DNA of 64,000 bases from positions 1-64,000 of the forward strand of contig NW_021833080.1 in the NCBI RefSeq assembly GCF_006345805.1. The letters are read 5' to 3'. Below, piece by piece: positions 26,668 to 41,543 of this stretch. Numbering within the stretch: position 1 is the stretch's first letter; each line of letters begins with the position of its first letter. The DNA comes from Octopus sinensis. Lineage: Eukaryota. The translations under genes and the position numbers were made by a program. The notes beneath the pieces are model-generated. The model made no database searches, was not told the origin of the DNA, and worked only from the letters and a program-made list of their open reading frames with translations.

Positions 26668-27050
26668 GGAGGCGCAATGGCCCAGTGGTTAGGGCAGCGG
26701 ACTCGCGGTCATAGGATCACGGTTTCGATTCCCAGACCGGGCGTTGTGAGTGTTTATTGAGCGTAAACACCTAAAGCTCCACGAGGCTCCGGCAGGGATG
26801 GTGGTGATCCCTGCTGTACTCTTTCACCACAACTTTCTCTCACTCTTACTTCCTGTTTCTGTTGTACCTGTATTTCAAAGGGCCGGCCTTGTCACTCTCT
26901 GTGTCACGCTGAATATCCCCGAGAACTACGTTAAGGGTACACGTGTCTGTGGAGTGCTCAGCCACTTACACGTTAATTTCACGAGCAGGCTGTTCCGTTG
27001 ATTCGGATCAACCGGAACCCTCATCGTCGTTACCGACGGAGTGCTTCCAG
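26668..27050 (+). mobile_element. SINE family B, full length
   Basis: GGAGGCGCAATGGCCCAGTGG...GGAGTGCTTCCA. Confidence 0.92.
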
Positions 27051-28129
27051 TACTACACAGTAGCTGTAGGAGCTACGAAATCCTCTTCGCCACTGTTATG
27101 TCGCTTTTTCGGATGCCTTCTACTCAACTCGACTCCTCTCTACTCTGACCTAGTCTATTTTGTTCTACCGACGTCTAGGCTTCTCCCTCTATATCTACGT
27201 ATTGGGCTAGCCTACTTCATCGTCTGGTGGCGTCCACACAATAGTGTCTATGTGTGTCAAGGTGCGAGGATTAGCGGGTTAGTGTATTTAACTCGCGATT
27301 GTAAGGTGGTAAGTACGAATCTTGGCGGCGTTTTGTCCTTGATGAATACAACGTATTTCGCCTTGCTTCCTCTCAAATGGAAAAAAAAATTCGTCCTATA
27401 TGTAGTTCAGAGTGTTAACGTTGTCATACACGATGTGTCACGCTGCATGTCCCTGAGTACTACGTCAATATCACGAGCAGCTTGTTCCGTTGATCGAAAC
27501 AACTGGAATATCCGTCATTATAACCGAGTGAGTGTTTTGCTATCTATCTATGAATCTATGAATGAATGAATGAATGAATGAATGAATCTATCTATCTATC
27601 TATCTATCTATTTCTACCTAGGTATATAGAACTTGATGGGATAAGTATTATGTAGGCGATTACCACATCAGTACTTTATGCAGGAACCTGCATAAATTTA
27701 AATAAACGAAGTGCATTTGGTTATATTTCGATCAATCATAAATTGAGCACTGCGCCGATGCAAGTCATGTATATCAACTAGGCTTGCTATAATCCCTACA
27801 GAGTGAATAATAATTATTTTGATTTAAGAAAAATTAAATCGAATCAATTTTACGTACGTTTCGGTGAACGAACAACATTTAGTTCATATGACATACAAAA
27901 CTATACAATTCATGCAAAAATTAGCATTCGTTCACTTCGTGATAATTATATATGCATATATACCTAACCACGAAGAAACTGTTGATTAAATTATTATTAC
28001 CCTAGATTTTAGCTGATTAGAAATTTGCATCTATAAGATATTCTTGGTAGTCATTTGATTTATAAGTTAATGATCTTTCAAATTTTATTTTTGGCAATAA
28101 AATCTCCCACAAAATTTAGTCTACATCGT

Positions 28130-28437
28130 ATGTATGTTTGTTCCTTCTCGAGCCACGCCTGTCTCATATTGGCAGTTTTCCCTGTTTCCTTGGCGTATAG
28201 GTTCCCCACCTGGACGGGACGCCGGTCCGTCGCAGGTGAGCTGCAAGATGCAGGAGGAAAGAGTGAGAGTAAGTTGTGGCGAAAGAGTCTGCAGACGTTC
28301 GCCATTATCTTCTGCCGGAACCGCGTGGAGCTTAGGTGTTACGCTCATAAACACACATATCGCATGGTCTGAGATTCGAACCTGCGATCTCTCGACCGCG
28401 AGTCCGCTGCTCTCACCACTAGGCCAAGTGCCTCCAT
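28130..28437 (-). mobile_element. SINE family B variant
   Basis: Reverse complement of the 9665-9950 type. Confidence 0.8.
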
Positions 28438-29797
28438 ACATCGTATGTATACACAAAAGTAAACATGTTGCATTTCTTGAAAATATTATTCTCGATTTCG
28501 ATTCCCAGATAGATCGGTAGTGCGTTCTGTTGTTGAGCAAACCGTTTCATTTCGCGTTGCTCCAATCCTCTCAGCTGTAAAATGTGTGCGCCTGTGACGG
28601 CTGGCGTGCCGTTCAAATGTATGTTAGAATGCCCGCCTAGCCAGTGGACTGGGGTCATTCAAACACACACCCATGCGAGGACGCGCACTATGTATAACAA
28701 CAACCGACTGTCTGCTCAACACAGTAATACCTTTTATACAACATCTCACACGCTTCAAAAGTTGACGAGTATACTAATGGTACTAGCAAGAGGTTAATCT
28801 ATCATTGCGAGATAAACAAAAGGCAAAATTCACCAAGTACGATTAAAAAAGAACGAAGTCAACGAATTCATATGTAGCACATGTTATAGGAGTGAGAATA
28901 ACTATCATAGATTAATTTCATCTGCCGTTACGTTCTGAGTTCAAATTCTGCCGAGGTCGACTTTACCTTTCATCCTTTCGGGGTCGATGAATTAAGTACC
29001 AGTTACGCACTGGAGTCGATGTAATCGACTTAATCCCTTTGTCTGTCCTTGTTTGTCCCTTCTATGTTTAGCCCCTTGTGGGTTATAAAGAAACATATCA
29101 TAGATTAAATTTATCCCTGCATATAATAGCTACACGCAAATGGCTTATATTTTATTGTTACAGGAGGGGCAGAATGCGAAAATAAAAATAAAAACGCTGA
29201 AGAGGATTCGAAAGTGGAAGGACGAAGTTTGAATAAATACAGCAATTGATTTTGTCAGTCACAGTACAAGGTATTCTTCCTTTCCTTTTCCCTTTTTTTT
29301 TTCTTCGTCAACCTACTGCCCTAGTTGTGAGGTAATCACTTCTGGTTAAGTAATCTATTAGTGACGTCACACAGAAGCAATATTTAACTGACACCGTAGA
29401 TAGACGGGAAGTAAAAACGTACAATAATTTAGTATTAATTTCATCAACCAGAAAATTCTAACACATTTAATTTGATGGGAATCTCTGTCGACTGCACCAT
29501 ACATGAAAAGTTACTTCACCAGACACACACACACGTTATATATAACATACATACATACATACACATAAATATATATATATATATATGAGGATGTTTGTTT
29601 ATGTTCGGGTCAATATGTATGTGTGCATACACTTATGCATATGAGAAGAAATCATTTTATTTGTCTCACTGGTTTTCTCCCATTTTCTGTTTCAATCTAT
29701 TTTCCGTCTTTTTCTTTCTCACATTACTGACTCTCTCACCATTTTGCTTCCCCTCTTTTTTCTCTTTGGATATACATATAAAAAAATATATATACAT

Positions 29798-29841
<44 letters not shown>

Positions 29842-30244
29842 ACACACATACATACATACATAATACATGCATACATGCATTCATACACATAGATATACAT
29901 ATAGGTGTACATATATATACATATACATATATATTTATATGTATATATATATATAGAGAGAGAGTAAAGAAATATATATATATAGAGAGAGAGATAGATG
30001 TAGATATAGATATAGATATATGTATATATATATATTATATATATATATATTATATATATATATACACACATATACTAAATAATATACTATACATATATAT
30101 ATATATATGTATGTATATACAGATATATGTAATTTTATATATATATATTATATATATATATTATATATGTATGTATATACAGATATATGTATTTTATATA
30201 TATATATATATTATATATTATATATGTATGTATATATATATGTA

Positions 30245-30278
<34 letters not shown>

Positions 30279-30297
30279 ATTTCTATATGTATGTATG

Positions 30298-30362
<65 letters not shown>

Positions 30363-30365
30363 TAT

Positions 30366-30425
<60 letters not shown>

Positions 30426-31595
30426 GTAGAGAGACAGACAGACAGATAGATATACTTATACACTAACATTCAAAAAATATACAAGCTATCAAAAACAACA
30501 GAAATAATCGTCATCCGATGAAAAAAAAAGAAACAAAAAAAATCAAAAACCAAAAACATACAATATAAAAAAAACCAACCAACAACACCGAATTGGAAGA
30601 CGTATTTTTGGCCGATCCTTGAGAAAATTTGTCTGGGACACGACGAACGTAAGGCGACATTTTCATGACTATAATGTCAGAGGTAGAAAAAGGCGTATAG
30701 CCAGCCCCACAGAATCCAAAACCTTAACAAGTTTGACAACATAACTTCCTCCCTCACATTTGTATTTTTCCTTCTTTCTTTTTTTTTTCCTTCCTCTTTT
30801 GTTTTTTTGTTGTTTTTGATGTTTTTGTGTTGCTTTAGTTTCGTGCATAAAAAGGAAAGGGAGACAATTATATAAGCGTTAAAATGCAGAAACCTTTCAC
30901 ATATTTTGTATCTCTTTCTCCCTATCTTTCTGTCTGCCAATGTCTTTGTATCTCTCTGTCTTCATCTCTCTATCTGTCTATCCGCCTGTCTGTCTGTCTG
31001 TCGCTATCTGTCTGGGCATCTCATTCTCTCATCTCTGTCTCTCTACGTAACTATCTTCTTTTTGTTTTTTCCGTCTAGTTCAAAATATATAACCTTACTA
31101 AATTTTGTTTTCCTCCTTTCGCCGACTGCTCCCAGAAATTTGGATGAAAAAGCAAAATATTAAGTAACGAAAAAGAGCGATGGAGTATATATAGAATGAG
31201 AGCGATACAGATATTTCGAGTGATAAAGACTGAAAGAAAAAAACAGAGAAAGAAGGAAAGAAAGAGAGAATGAAAGAAAGAATGAAAGAAAGAAAGTGAG
31301 GATTGACGAGATTTTGGAAAGAAAGAATGCTCTGTTCCATAAACATAAAGAGATTCTTAGGAACATTTGAGGAAATTTGGTTAGTTTATATGAATGTATC
31401 GTAAGATATGGTGGAGGCTTTGAAGCCAACAACGGCATTGGTGTTGTAGTGGTGTCGATGGTAACGATGAAGACAACACGACGACGATGATGGTAATGAT
31501 GATGATAACGATGACGATGACGACGACGATGATAAGTGCAATACTGGAAAAGTTGTGAGATTGATGGCGTGTTGATGAAGATTATGACCAATTTG

Positions 31596-32020
31596 AAGGC
31601 GGCGAGCTGGCAGAAATGTTATTACGCCGGCCGAAACGAAATGCTAAGCGGTATTTCGTCTGCCGTTACGTTCTGAGTTCAAATTCCGCCGAGGTCGACT
31701 TTGCCTTTCATCCTTTCGGGGTCGATTAAATAAGTACCAGTTACGTACTGGGGTCGATGTAATCGACTTAATCCGTTTGTCTGTCCTTGTTTGTCCTTTC
31801 TGTGTTTAGCCCTTTGTGGGTAGTAAAGAAATAGGTATTTCGTGTGCCGCTACGTTCTGAGTTCAAATTCCGCCGAGGTCGACTTTGTCTTTCATCCTTT
31901 CGGGGTCGATTAAATTAGTACCAGTTACGCACAGGCTCGATATAATCGACTTAATCCATCTGTTTGTCCTTGTATGTTCCCTCTATGTTTAGGGCCCCCT
32001 GTGGGCAACAATGAAATAAA
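31596..32020 (+). mobile_element. SINE family C dimer with head
   Basis: GGCGGCGAGCTGGCAGAA head plus two units. Confidence 0.88.
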
Positions 32021-32121
32021 TATCATACAATGATGCTGAGGATAGCGATGACGATAATACTAATAATGATGATGGTGACAACGATGATGGTGGTGTTGTT
32101 GTTGATGATTTTAAAGATGTG

Positions 32122-32506
32122 TGGAAGCACTCCGTCGGTTACGACGATGAGGGTTCCGGTTGATCCGAATCAACGGAACAGCCTGCTCGTGAAATTAACG
32201 TGTAAGTGGCTGAGCACTCCACAGACCCGTGCACCCTTAACGTAGTTCTCGGGGATATTCAGCGTGACACAGAGAGTGACAAGGCCGGCCCCTTGAAATA
32301 CAGGTACAACAGAAACAGGAAGTAAGAGAGAGAGAAAGTTGGGGGCGAAAGAGTACAGCAGGGATCACCACCATCCCCTACCGGAGCCTCGAGGAGCTTT
32401 AGGTGTTTTCGCTCAATAAACACTCACAACGTCCGGTCTGGGAATCGAAACCGCGATCCTATGACCGCGAGTCCGCTGCCCTAACCACTGAGCCATTGCG
32501 CCTCCA
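32122..32506 (-). mobile_element. SINE family B
   Basis: Reverse complement of 26668-27050. Confidence 0.92.
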
Positions 32507-32689
32507 CTTTAAAGATGTAACGATAATGAGGATGCTGGCGATAATGAATATAATTAGTAAAAGAAGGAGAAAGTTGTTGCAAATATTTTTCTGCAGCCAT
32601 TGCTCAAAACCGACCGTGATGACTTCTATGGTATGCGAAGTCAATCGTAGAACTGCAATATGATCCCGAGTTCCAAATACATTTAACCC

Positions 32690-33368
32690 TTGTCTGATTG
32701 AAGACCACTTTGAATACATGTTTTGTTGGAGATCACCAGTAGCTCTGTCGACGATATCTCTGTCTACATGCAGTACCTCATTCTAGTAGAAGGCTACACT
32801 GTACTCATGCTTCCTTAACGACTAAACTGTACCTCTGTGTTATTACAGCACACTATACTTTTGTCTAAAAGCCACAGCGTCCCTCCGTCTAACTGAAGAA
32901 CACTGTGTACCTCTGTTTTATAAAAGACAACATTGTACCTTTACTTTTGCAAAGGCAACATTGTGCATTTTAAAGATCACACTGTACTTTATCTAATTAA
33001 CGAGAACATAATTTAGCTCTGTTTGATTAATTAATTTAATTAAAGGTGCATGTATGACTCCTTAAAGACCACACTGCGTCTCTGTTTATGTAAAGAACCA
33101 TGTGATCACGTCGTCTCGTGACTGACCAGACTATCAGTTGTTGCTATACATCGTTGGTCACGATGCGCTTTGTATCGTCTTAGCCTTCGAATGTCGCCAC
33201 CCCACTGGCTAGGTGAGCAGGTCAATTTTGCCCCTGATCGAAAGGGAGGACGTGAAGTGAAGTGTTTTACTCAAGAACACAAAGCGACGCCCGGTCTGAG
33301 AATCGAACCCATAATCTAACGATCGTGAGTTCAACAGTCTAAACAATGCCATGCGTCTTCACACACAG

Positions 33369-33437
<69 letters not shown>

Positions 33438-33960
33438 CGCATGCACGCATATGTATGTATTTATATGTATATAATGTGTAACTATACTTTTCGTCGATAA
33501 ATATCAAATTATATCGGTGACAAAATCGAAAATCAAGTGATTTACCGAAAGAAGTCCCTTGAGATAGTTGTTCCTCATCGAGTTCCATACCTCTTTATTC
33601 TTTCTCTTTACAAAGAATAACACTGTATTTATGTCTAATTAAAGACCACACTGTAATTGTTTAACGCACTGACTAATTAGAGACTATACTGAACGGCTGA
33701 CTAATTAAAGGATACCTTATACCTCTGACTGATAAGAGACCATTTTATGTATGTCTCACAAAAGATTACGTTCTACCACTTCCTTAATAATTACACTCGT
33801 ATCTCCGTTCAATTAACACCTCTCTCCAAACACTCTGTTTAATAAAAAAAAAAAACCCAAAACCCCCAAAAAGCACAGAAAAAGAAAAAATGCCACACCG
33901 TACCTCCCTGTAATTAAATACTACTTCGTCCCATAATGAAAACCACAATCTGCACTGATC
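32690..33960 (+). repeat. Degenerate ~27-bp minisatellite (AATTAAAGACCACACTGTACCTCTGT-like), interrupted by a SINE at ~33100-33355 and (CA)n
   Basis: Recurrent AAAGACCACACTG / CTGTACCTCTGT motifs at roughly 25-30 bp spacing. Confidence 0.65.
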
Positions 33961-35489
33961 AATCTAATATATTGTTTAGGACGTTAATCTTGTTTTCTCT
34001 GTATTGGACTAGTATGAGGACAAAATGGTCATAGTGTATGTGTGTCATTTTATATTTCCTCACTGTGTCTTACATGTGTGCTGTGAATGATGGCTAAATG
34101 TTGAAGCATTTTTGTCTTCTCCGTAGATCTAGTATGCTTATATAAGTTTATAATTGCAACGGTTTCTAATATTTGATAGGTATAGTTTTGTTGATAAGGC
34201 AGGAGATAGCGATTGTGTTAGGTACTACTTTTTGTCCGTTTGGCGCCAAGTTTCTAGGTTGTTGATATCGTAGTTGTACAGCTATATCTGGGGAACGGTG
34301 GGAGGAAATAACTGTGACAGCTGGCTATTACGGATGTAAAATACCGATCGTATACAGAATTCTTAAAAACAGTAAGATCTTTGTGGCATACGTACGGTGA
34401 ATTAGGATATTCTAGATAAGTTGTGATGCATTTTGTAGAAATGACATTTGTATAAGATGGCTTGCAGTGAGACCGAGCCCGTGACCTCGAGTTTGCAAGG
34501 CAAACATCTTAACCACTTACTAGAACGTTGGGTCTATCCACACATTGTGAGTAATATAGGTGGACGGAAACTGTATGGAAGACTCTTGGGTTAGTTTAAC
34601 TGCAATTCAAATTGTCCATGTTTGTCATATCCTGTCTCATGTTGATACTGTTTGAGAATTATTTTGAGGGCACCAAAATGTCTGGAATATTTAGCCACAT
34701 ACATGTTAATTCAGGAGCAGATAATTTGGCTGAATACATAACTGAATACTCATCGACGAACGACAGAGATCCATCATAATCATATGACGATGTCTTGGTA
34801 ATCTGAAAGGTAATTTATTAAAGAATGTTTAGGGTTTTGTGTTGTTTTTGTTTAATGCTAGGTTGGCCCTGAATAAGCCGGCCAATGATCAAAGACGGTT
34901 TTGCTGTAAGTACACCATCTTTCTATCAGGAATTGTCCACATCAGACTACAATTATCCCATGTTTAACCCACTGAACTCTGGAGCAAGTATGTAGAGGTT
35001 TAATCATCGTTTGTTTGGTTCTCTATTGTTATCCAAGTTGTGTATTTTGTTGTCTTTCTTGGTTGAACTCATACTCTTTTGATGAAAAATATTCGCTAAC
35101 TTATCATTTCTTTATTGAAGACAATAGGGTGTGTTGAGGCATATTACGTTGTTATTTCTAGCAAATCGAGTGACTACATCGGTAACGCGTAATTATATAG
35201 TTCGTAAATCCTGGCGTAGATTTCAGATGATATTCGTGGTCTCAACAATTGCTTCAAAGGGTCTTTACGCATTTTATGTGCAGAGGAATGTGTAGAGGAG
35301 TGCATTGGACTGTAAGACTTTTGGAATTCTAAGTTACCGTTTTTGTTACCTCGTAGAACGAAGGATTTTTAGATAAGTTTTTCTCAAAGTAAGCACGACC
35401 GCACCGTGGGGGTTGGTGGAAAATTTTACATGATTACTGGGCACGAAAATAGCAGTAGATTGCAGATAGTGGTGAAAGTTGCATCTCTT

Positions 35490-35905
35490 TACTCATTACT
35501 CTTTTACTTGTTTCAGTCATTTGACTGAGGCCATGCTGGAGCACGGCCTTTAGTCGAGCAAATCGACCCCGGGACTTATTCTTTGTAAGTCCAATACTTA
35601 TTCTATCGGTCTCTTTTGCCGAACCGCTAAGTGACGGGGACGTAAACACACCAACATCGGTTGTCAAGCAATGCTAGGGGGACAAACACAGACAGACAAA
35701 CATATACACACACACACATATATATATATATATACATATATACGACAGGCTTCTTTCAGTTTCCGTCTACCAAATCCACTCACAAGGCATTGGTCGGCCC
35801 GGGGCTATAGCAGAAGACACTTGCCCAAGGTGCCACGCAGTGGGACTGAACCCGGAACCATGTGGTTGGTTAGCAAGCTACTTACCACACAGCCACTCCT
35901 GCGCA
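35490..35905 (-). mobile_element. SINE family A
   Basis: Reverse complement of 6832-7235. Confidence 0.9.
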
Positions 35906-36550
35906 TCATTTAATTTTCAAAAATATTCCTTAAAATTTTTATTCTGTTTGAGAATCTGTTGTTAATATTAGTTTTAAATATGGGAATGTGGCCAACAATT
36001 AGAGGGGGGGTCATAGGTTGATTGGATCAACACTTAGGACTGAACTGGTACTTATTCTTTCGACTCCGAAAGAATGAAAATCAAAATTGACCCCGGCGGA
36101 TTTTGTATTCAAAACATAAAAACGGACGAAAAGTCGGTAAGCATTTTGTCCGGCGTGCTAAATATTCTTATTGCACGTCACCTTCGATTTCAAGTTTCAG
36201 AAGGCCAGCTATTTTATAGGAGAGGTGAGTCGATTACATTTTCCCCAGGACTTGACTGTTCTCTTTTTTATTTATCGGTCCTGAAAAGATGTTTACCTTT
36301 CCGGGTCGACGGAATTTGAATTCAGAAAGTACAACCGGAAGAAAAGCCGCTTAGCATTTTGTCCCCTGTGCTAACGGTTACTCTAATATTACTTTCAACT
36401 TTTGATACAAGACCAGCCATTTCGGTGGTGGAGATCCAATAAATGTTTATAGAATTTTTACTCTAACCGTCCTTACTTCTCTGAAGTTATCCTTAGCCTG
36501 GCAGTGACAATAACAATTTGTAACTGTGGATCAGGTTTATTTATTTATTA

Positions 36551-36962
36551 TACATTAGCTGTATCGCCCGGCGTTGCTCGGGTTTGTAAGGGAAATAACT
36601 ATATAAGCATTTTTAGAGATGTAAAGTATAATAGCCATCTCAATATGGCTAACCACAAGGGGGGGGTGTTACTGTAGCTGTTTACGTTCTGAGATTTAAT
36701 AATAAATTTTTAGAGAGTTACTTCCCTTATATATGCCAAAAATGCATTAAAAATGGGAAAAATTGATGGTAATTTTTTTTTTAAATCGTAGACTCATCGT
36801 AGACTCATCGTAGACGCGCGCTAATACCCAGAAGGGCTCGATATGAATCATGACTATAAGATACCCGGTTTTGGTTAAACTGCACCGCAAAATGTGGGAG
36901 TAGTTAGGAATCTAAATCGTAGGAGACAGACAGCACACAACCTCACTTTTATATATAAAGAT
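36551..36962 (+). mobile_element. Non-autonomous Helitron/Helentron-like element
   Basis: Starts (A)TTAGCTGTATCGCCCGGCGTTGCTCGGG and ends GACAGACAG..CACTTTTATATATAAAGAT; termini resemble DINE-1/Lep1-type elements (recalled). Confidence 0.6.
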
Positions 36963-38736
36963 TTTAATTGATATTAGTTAGCAAATGATATTTATGCGTC
37001 CGACATACAAAGGAATAACAACAAAGATCGGCTCAACGGAATTTGATCTCAAAACATTAAAGAGGACAAAGAGTATTATTGTAATTCTTTGTAATTCATC
37101 AAGAACTGCTCGTTAATTAACCGAAATGAACTTTTACCACACAGTCTCTCTTTGCCTCTCACTCACTCTTCGTATGTGTGCGTGGGTGTGTATGTCCCGC
37201 GCGCGCGCATTGTGTATATGTTTTTTTTTATATGTTATTTGTTTTAGTTCTGACACTGCGGCCATGCTGGGGATATCGATTAGAAATATCCGTTGTTAAC
37301 TATTTCTGGCACATTGGCTTCTTCCTCTCATATTCCATTCTTAACCGCTCTCTTTCTCTTCCCCCTCACGCTCTCTCCACTCTCCCATTCACCGGTTTCT
37401 CTCTTGGTTTGTCTCTCTGGTCCTTGTAATACCCTCAATCCGATATCCATCTACATACACAATTTATGCTTCATCTCTGAAGCAATTTGTTAATTGTCCT
37501 TTAATTTCAGGGGATACTGCGACGCGCCAATCGTAGTGGGGGAAACTTTGTAAGGAAACGTATCAGGGAAACTCAGTTTGAAGTAAATTCAGTGCAGGTT
37601 CCTTCGATGGTGGTTCGAGGCCGAGCGATAAAGACCCCAGTTAAAGGAAATAAGATCTCCCGATGGTACCATATTCTCTTTCCAGTATAGATGGCAATTC
37701 AAAAACAGGAGGAAGACACCCAAGTGTCTCGACCTAGGGTGGACCCAGCTCTCTTTGAGTGCCAGGAACTAACAGGCCGAATCACTTACTTGAGGTGAGC
37801 TCTTCCTTTGAAGATTTTCCCATGCGGTTAGCTTGCCCTGTAGCGAGGTTCCAACAACGAAAGACAGAACAAAACATTATAAAATAAAAATACAAAAATG
37901 AAAAACGAAAAATAATATTAAAGTAAAACTAAAAAGTAAAAATGAAAACAATTAAAGATTTAAGAACATCAACTTTTATGCATAAACATAGATAAACAAT
38001 ACATTTACATTTGTAATAATAAAAAAAAAACAATTCCTTGTTATCAGTTTTTAAAAACTATATCTGGTTCTTGTTCGACAAAATATAAAACATACAGGTT
38101 ATCTTTTGTCTCTGTCTTCGTTCAATGTACACACTTAATCAGTAGAAAGCGCCAGTTTTCGGGTTAAATTCTAGTTCTTTTATGTTCTGTTCCATTTTTT
38201 GTTTTCGATCCATTAGCTCAGATCAGGGCCAATGGTCGTAGAATTATCATCATATTTCAAAAGAAAAAAATAAAAACAAAAAAATGTCGTTCAATGATAT
38301 TACAATGGAATCTATCAGCACCAACTCACCTACATGCTACAAGTTTATTTCTCGTATCGGTTCTAAGAATTTCTCTTACTTAGAAAAAAGTTTTAGTTAC
38401 TACTATGCTTCTGTTTAATATTGGTCAAAATAAATATTGATTTGAAATTTTGGTACTAGGCCAGCAGTTTCACGGGGAAGAAGTAAGTCGATTACATCGA
38501 CCCCAGTACTCGATTGGCACTTATTTTATCGACCCCGAAATGATGAAAAGCAAAGTCGATCTTGAGAGAATTTGAACTCAGAACGTGAAGCCAGACAAAA
38601 AATACCGCTAGGCATTTCACCCGGCGTGCTAACGATTCTGCCAGCTCGCCGCCTTTCATGGCCTATATACGTATTGGGAAATTGGTCTGCCGGCTAACTG
38701 CTCCAGTCACGTTCTACATGTATAGAAAGAATGCAG

Positions 38737-38773
<37 letters not shown>

Positions 38774-39620
38774 ATAAACAGAGACAAAGGAATATAACAT
38801 AAAAGGTGTATCTTCCTTTGCTTGTTTCAGTCACTAGACTGTGGTTAGCCTGAGACACCGCCTTGAAGAACTGTTGGTTGAACGGGGTACATATTCGGAT
38901 GTAGAGGGTTTGTTGGACACAGTGTGAGACGACTGTTGTTATCGCTAGGCCTAACTCATCGTAAAGTCAATACCACCATGACCGATATCCAATCTACAGT
39001 GGAGAAGGCTAGCCACTGGATTTGGTTAAAAAGAGACGATGAGCGATGGCTAGAAGAATATTGAGCTGTATTGAATAACCAGCTGATCTAGCGAGTGGGG
39101 CTTCATATCAGTGAGGGGCGCCGTGCGCATTGATGCCGTCGAGAGGTAGGCCCCGAAACGGCGCGCATTCTCTGCTGATGACCCCATACACTTGCTGGCT
39201 TCCGGTATACGGAGATTTTGACTGGTAGCACTTGCATGTTCAAGTTGAATGCAAGACATATTTGTTTCTTTCGCCGAACCGCAAAGTTACGAGGACGCCA
39301 ACAAATTAACACAAGTTGCCAAGCGACGGGAAGGGACAAAAAATATCCACACACACACATATACGTCTTCTTTCAGTTTCAACTCACAAGGGTTTGGTCG
39401 GCCCGAAGCTATACTAGAAGACACTTTCCAACGGTTCCACGCAGTGAGACTGAACCCGGGACCATGTGGCTGTGAAGCACATTTTCTACCACACAGCCAA
39501 ACCTATTCCAAGGATAACGTTTCATAACAGAACGTGAAAGTGGAAATTTCACCGACAAAATTTTGTCTTTGTTCGATCAAATGATTGTCTGGTGGTATTG
39601 TATGTGTGTGTGTGTGAGTG

Positions 39621-39656
<36 letters not shown>

Positions 39657-39704
39657 ATGGTAGTCCAAGAGAGACGGTTCTACAATTTCCTCAGATGATT
39701 CGTT

Positions 39705-40545
39705 TATTATTCCCCAATACTTAAACTAACAAAAACTACTTAACCATAACTAATTTTTAACTAACGCTAAAATGTAAAAATAAATAAACTAGATATCATA
39801 TAAATCGAATAACATTTCACTACCATTTACTTCTAAAATGTGAAGGTGCAATGGCCCAGTGGTTAGGGCAGCGGACTCGCGGTCATAGGATCGCGGTTTC
39901 GATTCCCAGACCGGGCGTTGTGAGTGTTTATTGAGCGAAAACACCTAAAAAAAGCTCCACGAGGCTCCGGCAGGGGATGGTGGTGATCCCTGCTGTACTC
40001 TTTCACCACAACTTTCTCTCACTCTTACTTCTTGTTTCTGTTGTACCTGTATTTCAAGGGGCCGGCCTTGTCACTCTCTGTGTCACGCTGAATATCCCCG
40101 AGAACTACGTTAAGGGTGCACGTGTCTGTGGAGTGCTCAGCCACTTACACGTTAATTTCACGAGCAGGCTGTTCCGTTGATTCGGATCAACCGGAACCCT
40201 CATCGTCGTAACCGACGGAGTGCTTCCACTCACATCTAAAATAATAACTTTACTACGTTAACTACATATAAAATAATATTCAAGCAAATAAATATTCATA
40301 TTTTGAGAAAATCATATTCATTAAATAATATTATTAAACCATTATGCAAAAGGTATAAAATTTAAACTTTACTATAACTAAACTATATATAATCTTCATC
40401 CTTCTCAGTACATATAAAAAAATATTTCTATACGTATTACTTTATAATCAAAAATTTTTATCAATACTTTTCCTCATAAATCTTAAAACATAAAATTTAA
40501 TCTAAATCAAAAATAATTTAAATAAAATTATCCTGTGTACATTAT
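39705..40545 (-). pseudogene. NUMT: 5' half of mitochondrial 16S rRNA (rrnL), interrupted by a SINE
   Basis: Minus strand carries 16S motifs in the correct order: ATAGAAAT..GTACTGAGAAGGATGAA, TACCTTTTGCATAATGGTTTA, TTCTCAAAA, then GAAATGTTATTCG..TATCTAGTTT after the SINE. Confidence 0.75.
39845..40229 (+). mobile_element. SINE family B inserted in the NUMT
   Basis: Homologous to 26668-27050. Confidence 0.92.
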
Positions 40546-40732
40546 AGCTCGTGCTTTCAATCAAATCCAAATTGACCGAGCAATTTTACCGGGTACCATA
40601 CGTGAGGTATGGAAATGATCGCAGATATATGTTAGATGAGATATTTTACTCAAGAGTACGACGCGCCACCCGGTTCAAGTATTAAAACCACGAGCTCACG
40701 ATCTCCAGAGCAAAACTAGGCCATGCAGCCTC

Positions 40733-40799
<67 letters not shown>

Positions 40800-40808
40800 C
40801 ATCTATCC

Positions 40809-40844
<36 letters not shown>

Positions 40845-40856
40845 ATCTATCTATCC

Positions 40857-40930
<74 letters not shown>

Positions 40931-40967
40931 ATTTCTATCTATCTATCCATCTATCCATCTATCTATT

Positions 40968-41471
40968 TAAAAAAAGATGGGTGAATGTGGCAAGGATGGC
41001 ACGTATGAATGACGAAGCCACCTTGAGCATAATCCTATGAACCCAGAAATTGAAAACAGAGGGTTACCCACTTGCAAACAAATGTGGTAACATATAACAA
41101 TATTGACCGAGGTTACCGTGGTCTTTTTCGTAGGCTTTTCTTCCCACGGATAAACCTCATCTGCTTCCCCCTTTACACCGTACATCATGACACTGTGATA
41201 CACGATCCCTATTGATCGTTTTCTTTTCTTTTTTTTTCCTCTTTTTTCTTATTTTTTCCTTTTTCTTTTCTTTTGTTTCTTTTTTTCTCTTTTCCTTTTC
41301 TTTTTATTTTTTTTCTTCTTCTTTTTTTCTTTTCTTTTTTCCCTTTCACGAACCCTTTTGATCGAAAACCTACGCCACTTTTTTTTTTGTTTTTTTTCAT
41401 ACCCCAAAAGAAAAGCTCTACCTTGTAATTTGTCCCATCTATGTGCAGCCCTGTGTGGCCAATGAAGAAAC

Positions 41472-41543
<72 letters not shown>

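Noticed and set aside
26668-26745. tRNA-like heads of the SINEs as tRNA genes
   Set aside because: A/B boxes are present, but there is no complete cloverleaf and each head continues into a SINE body.
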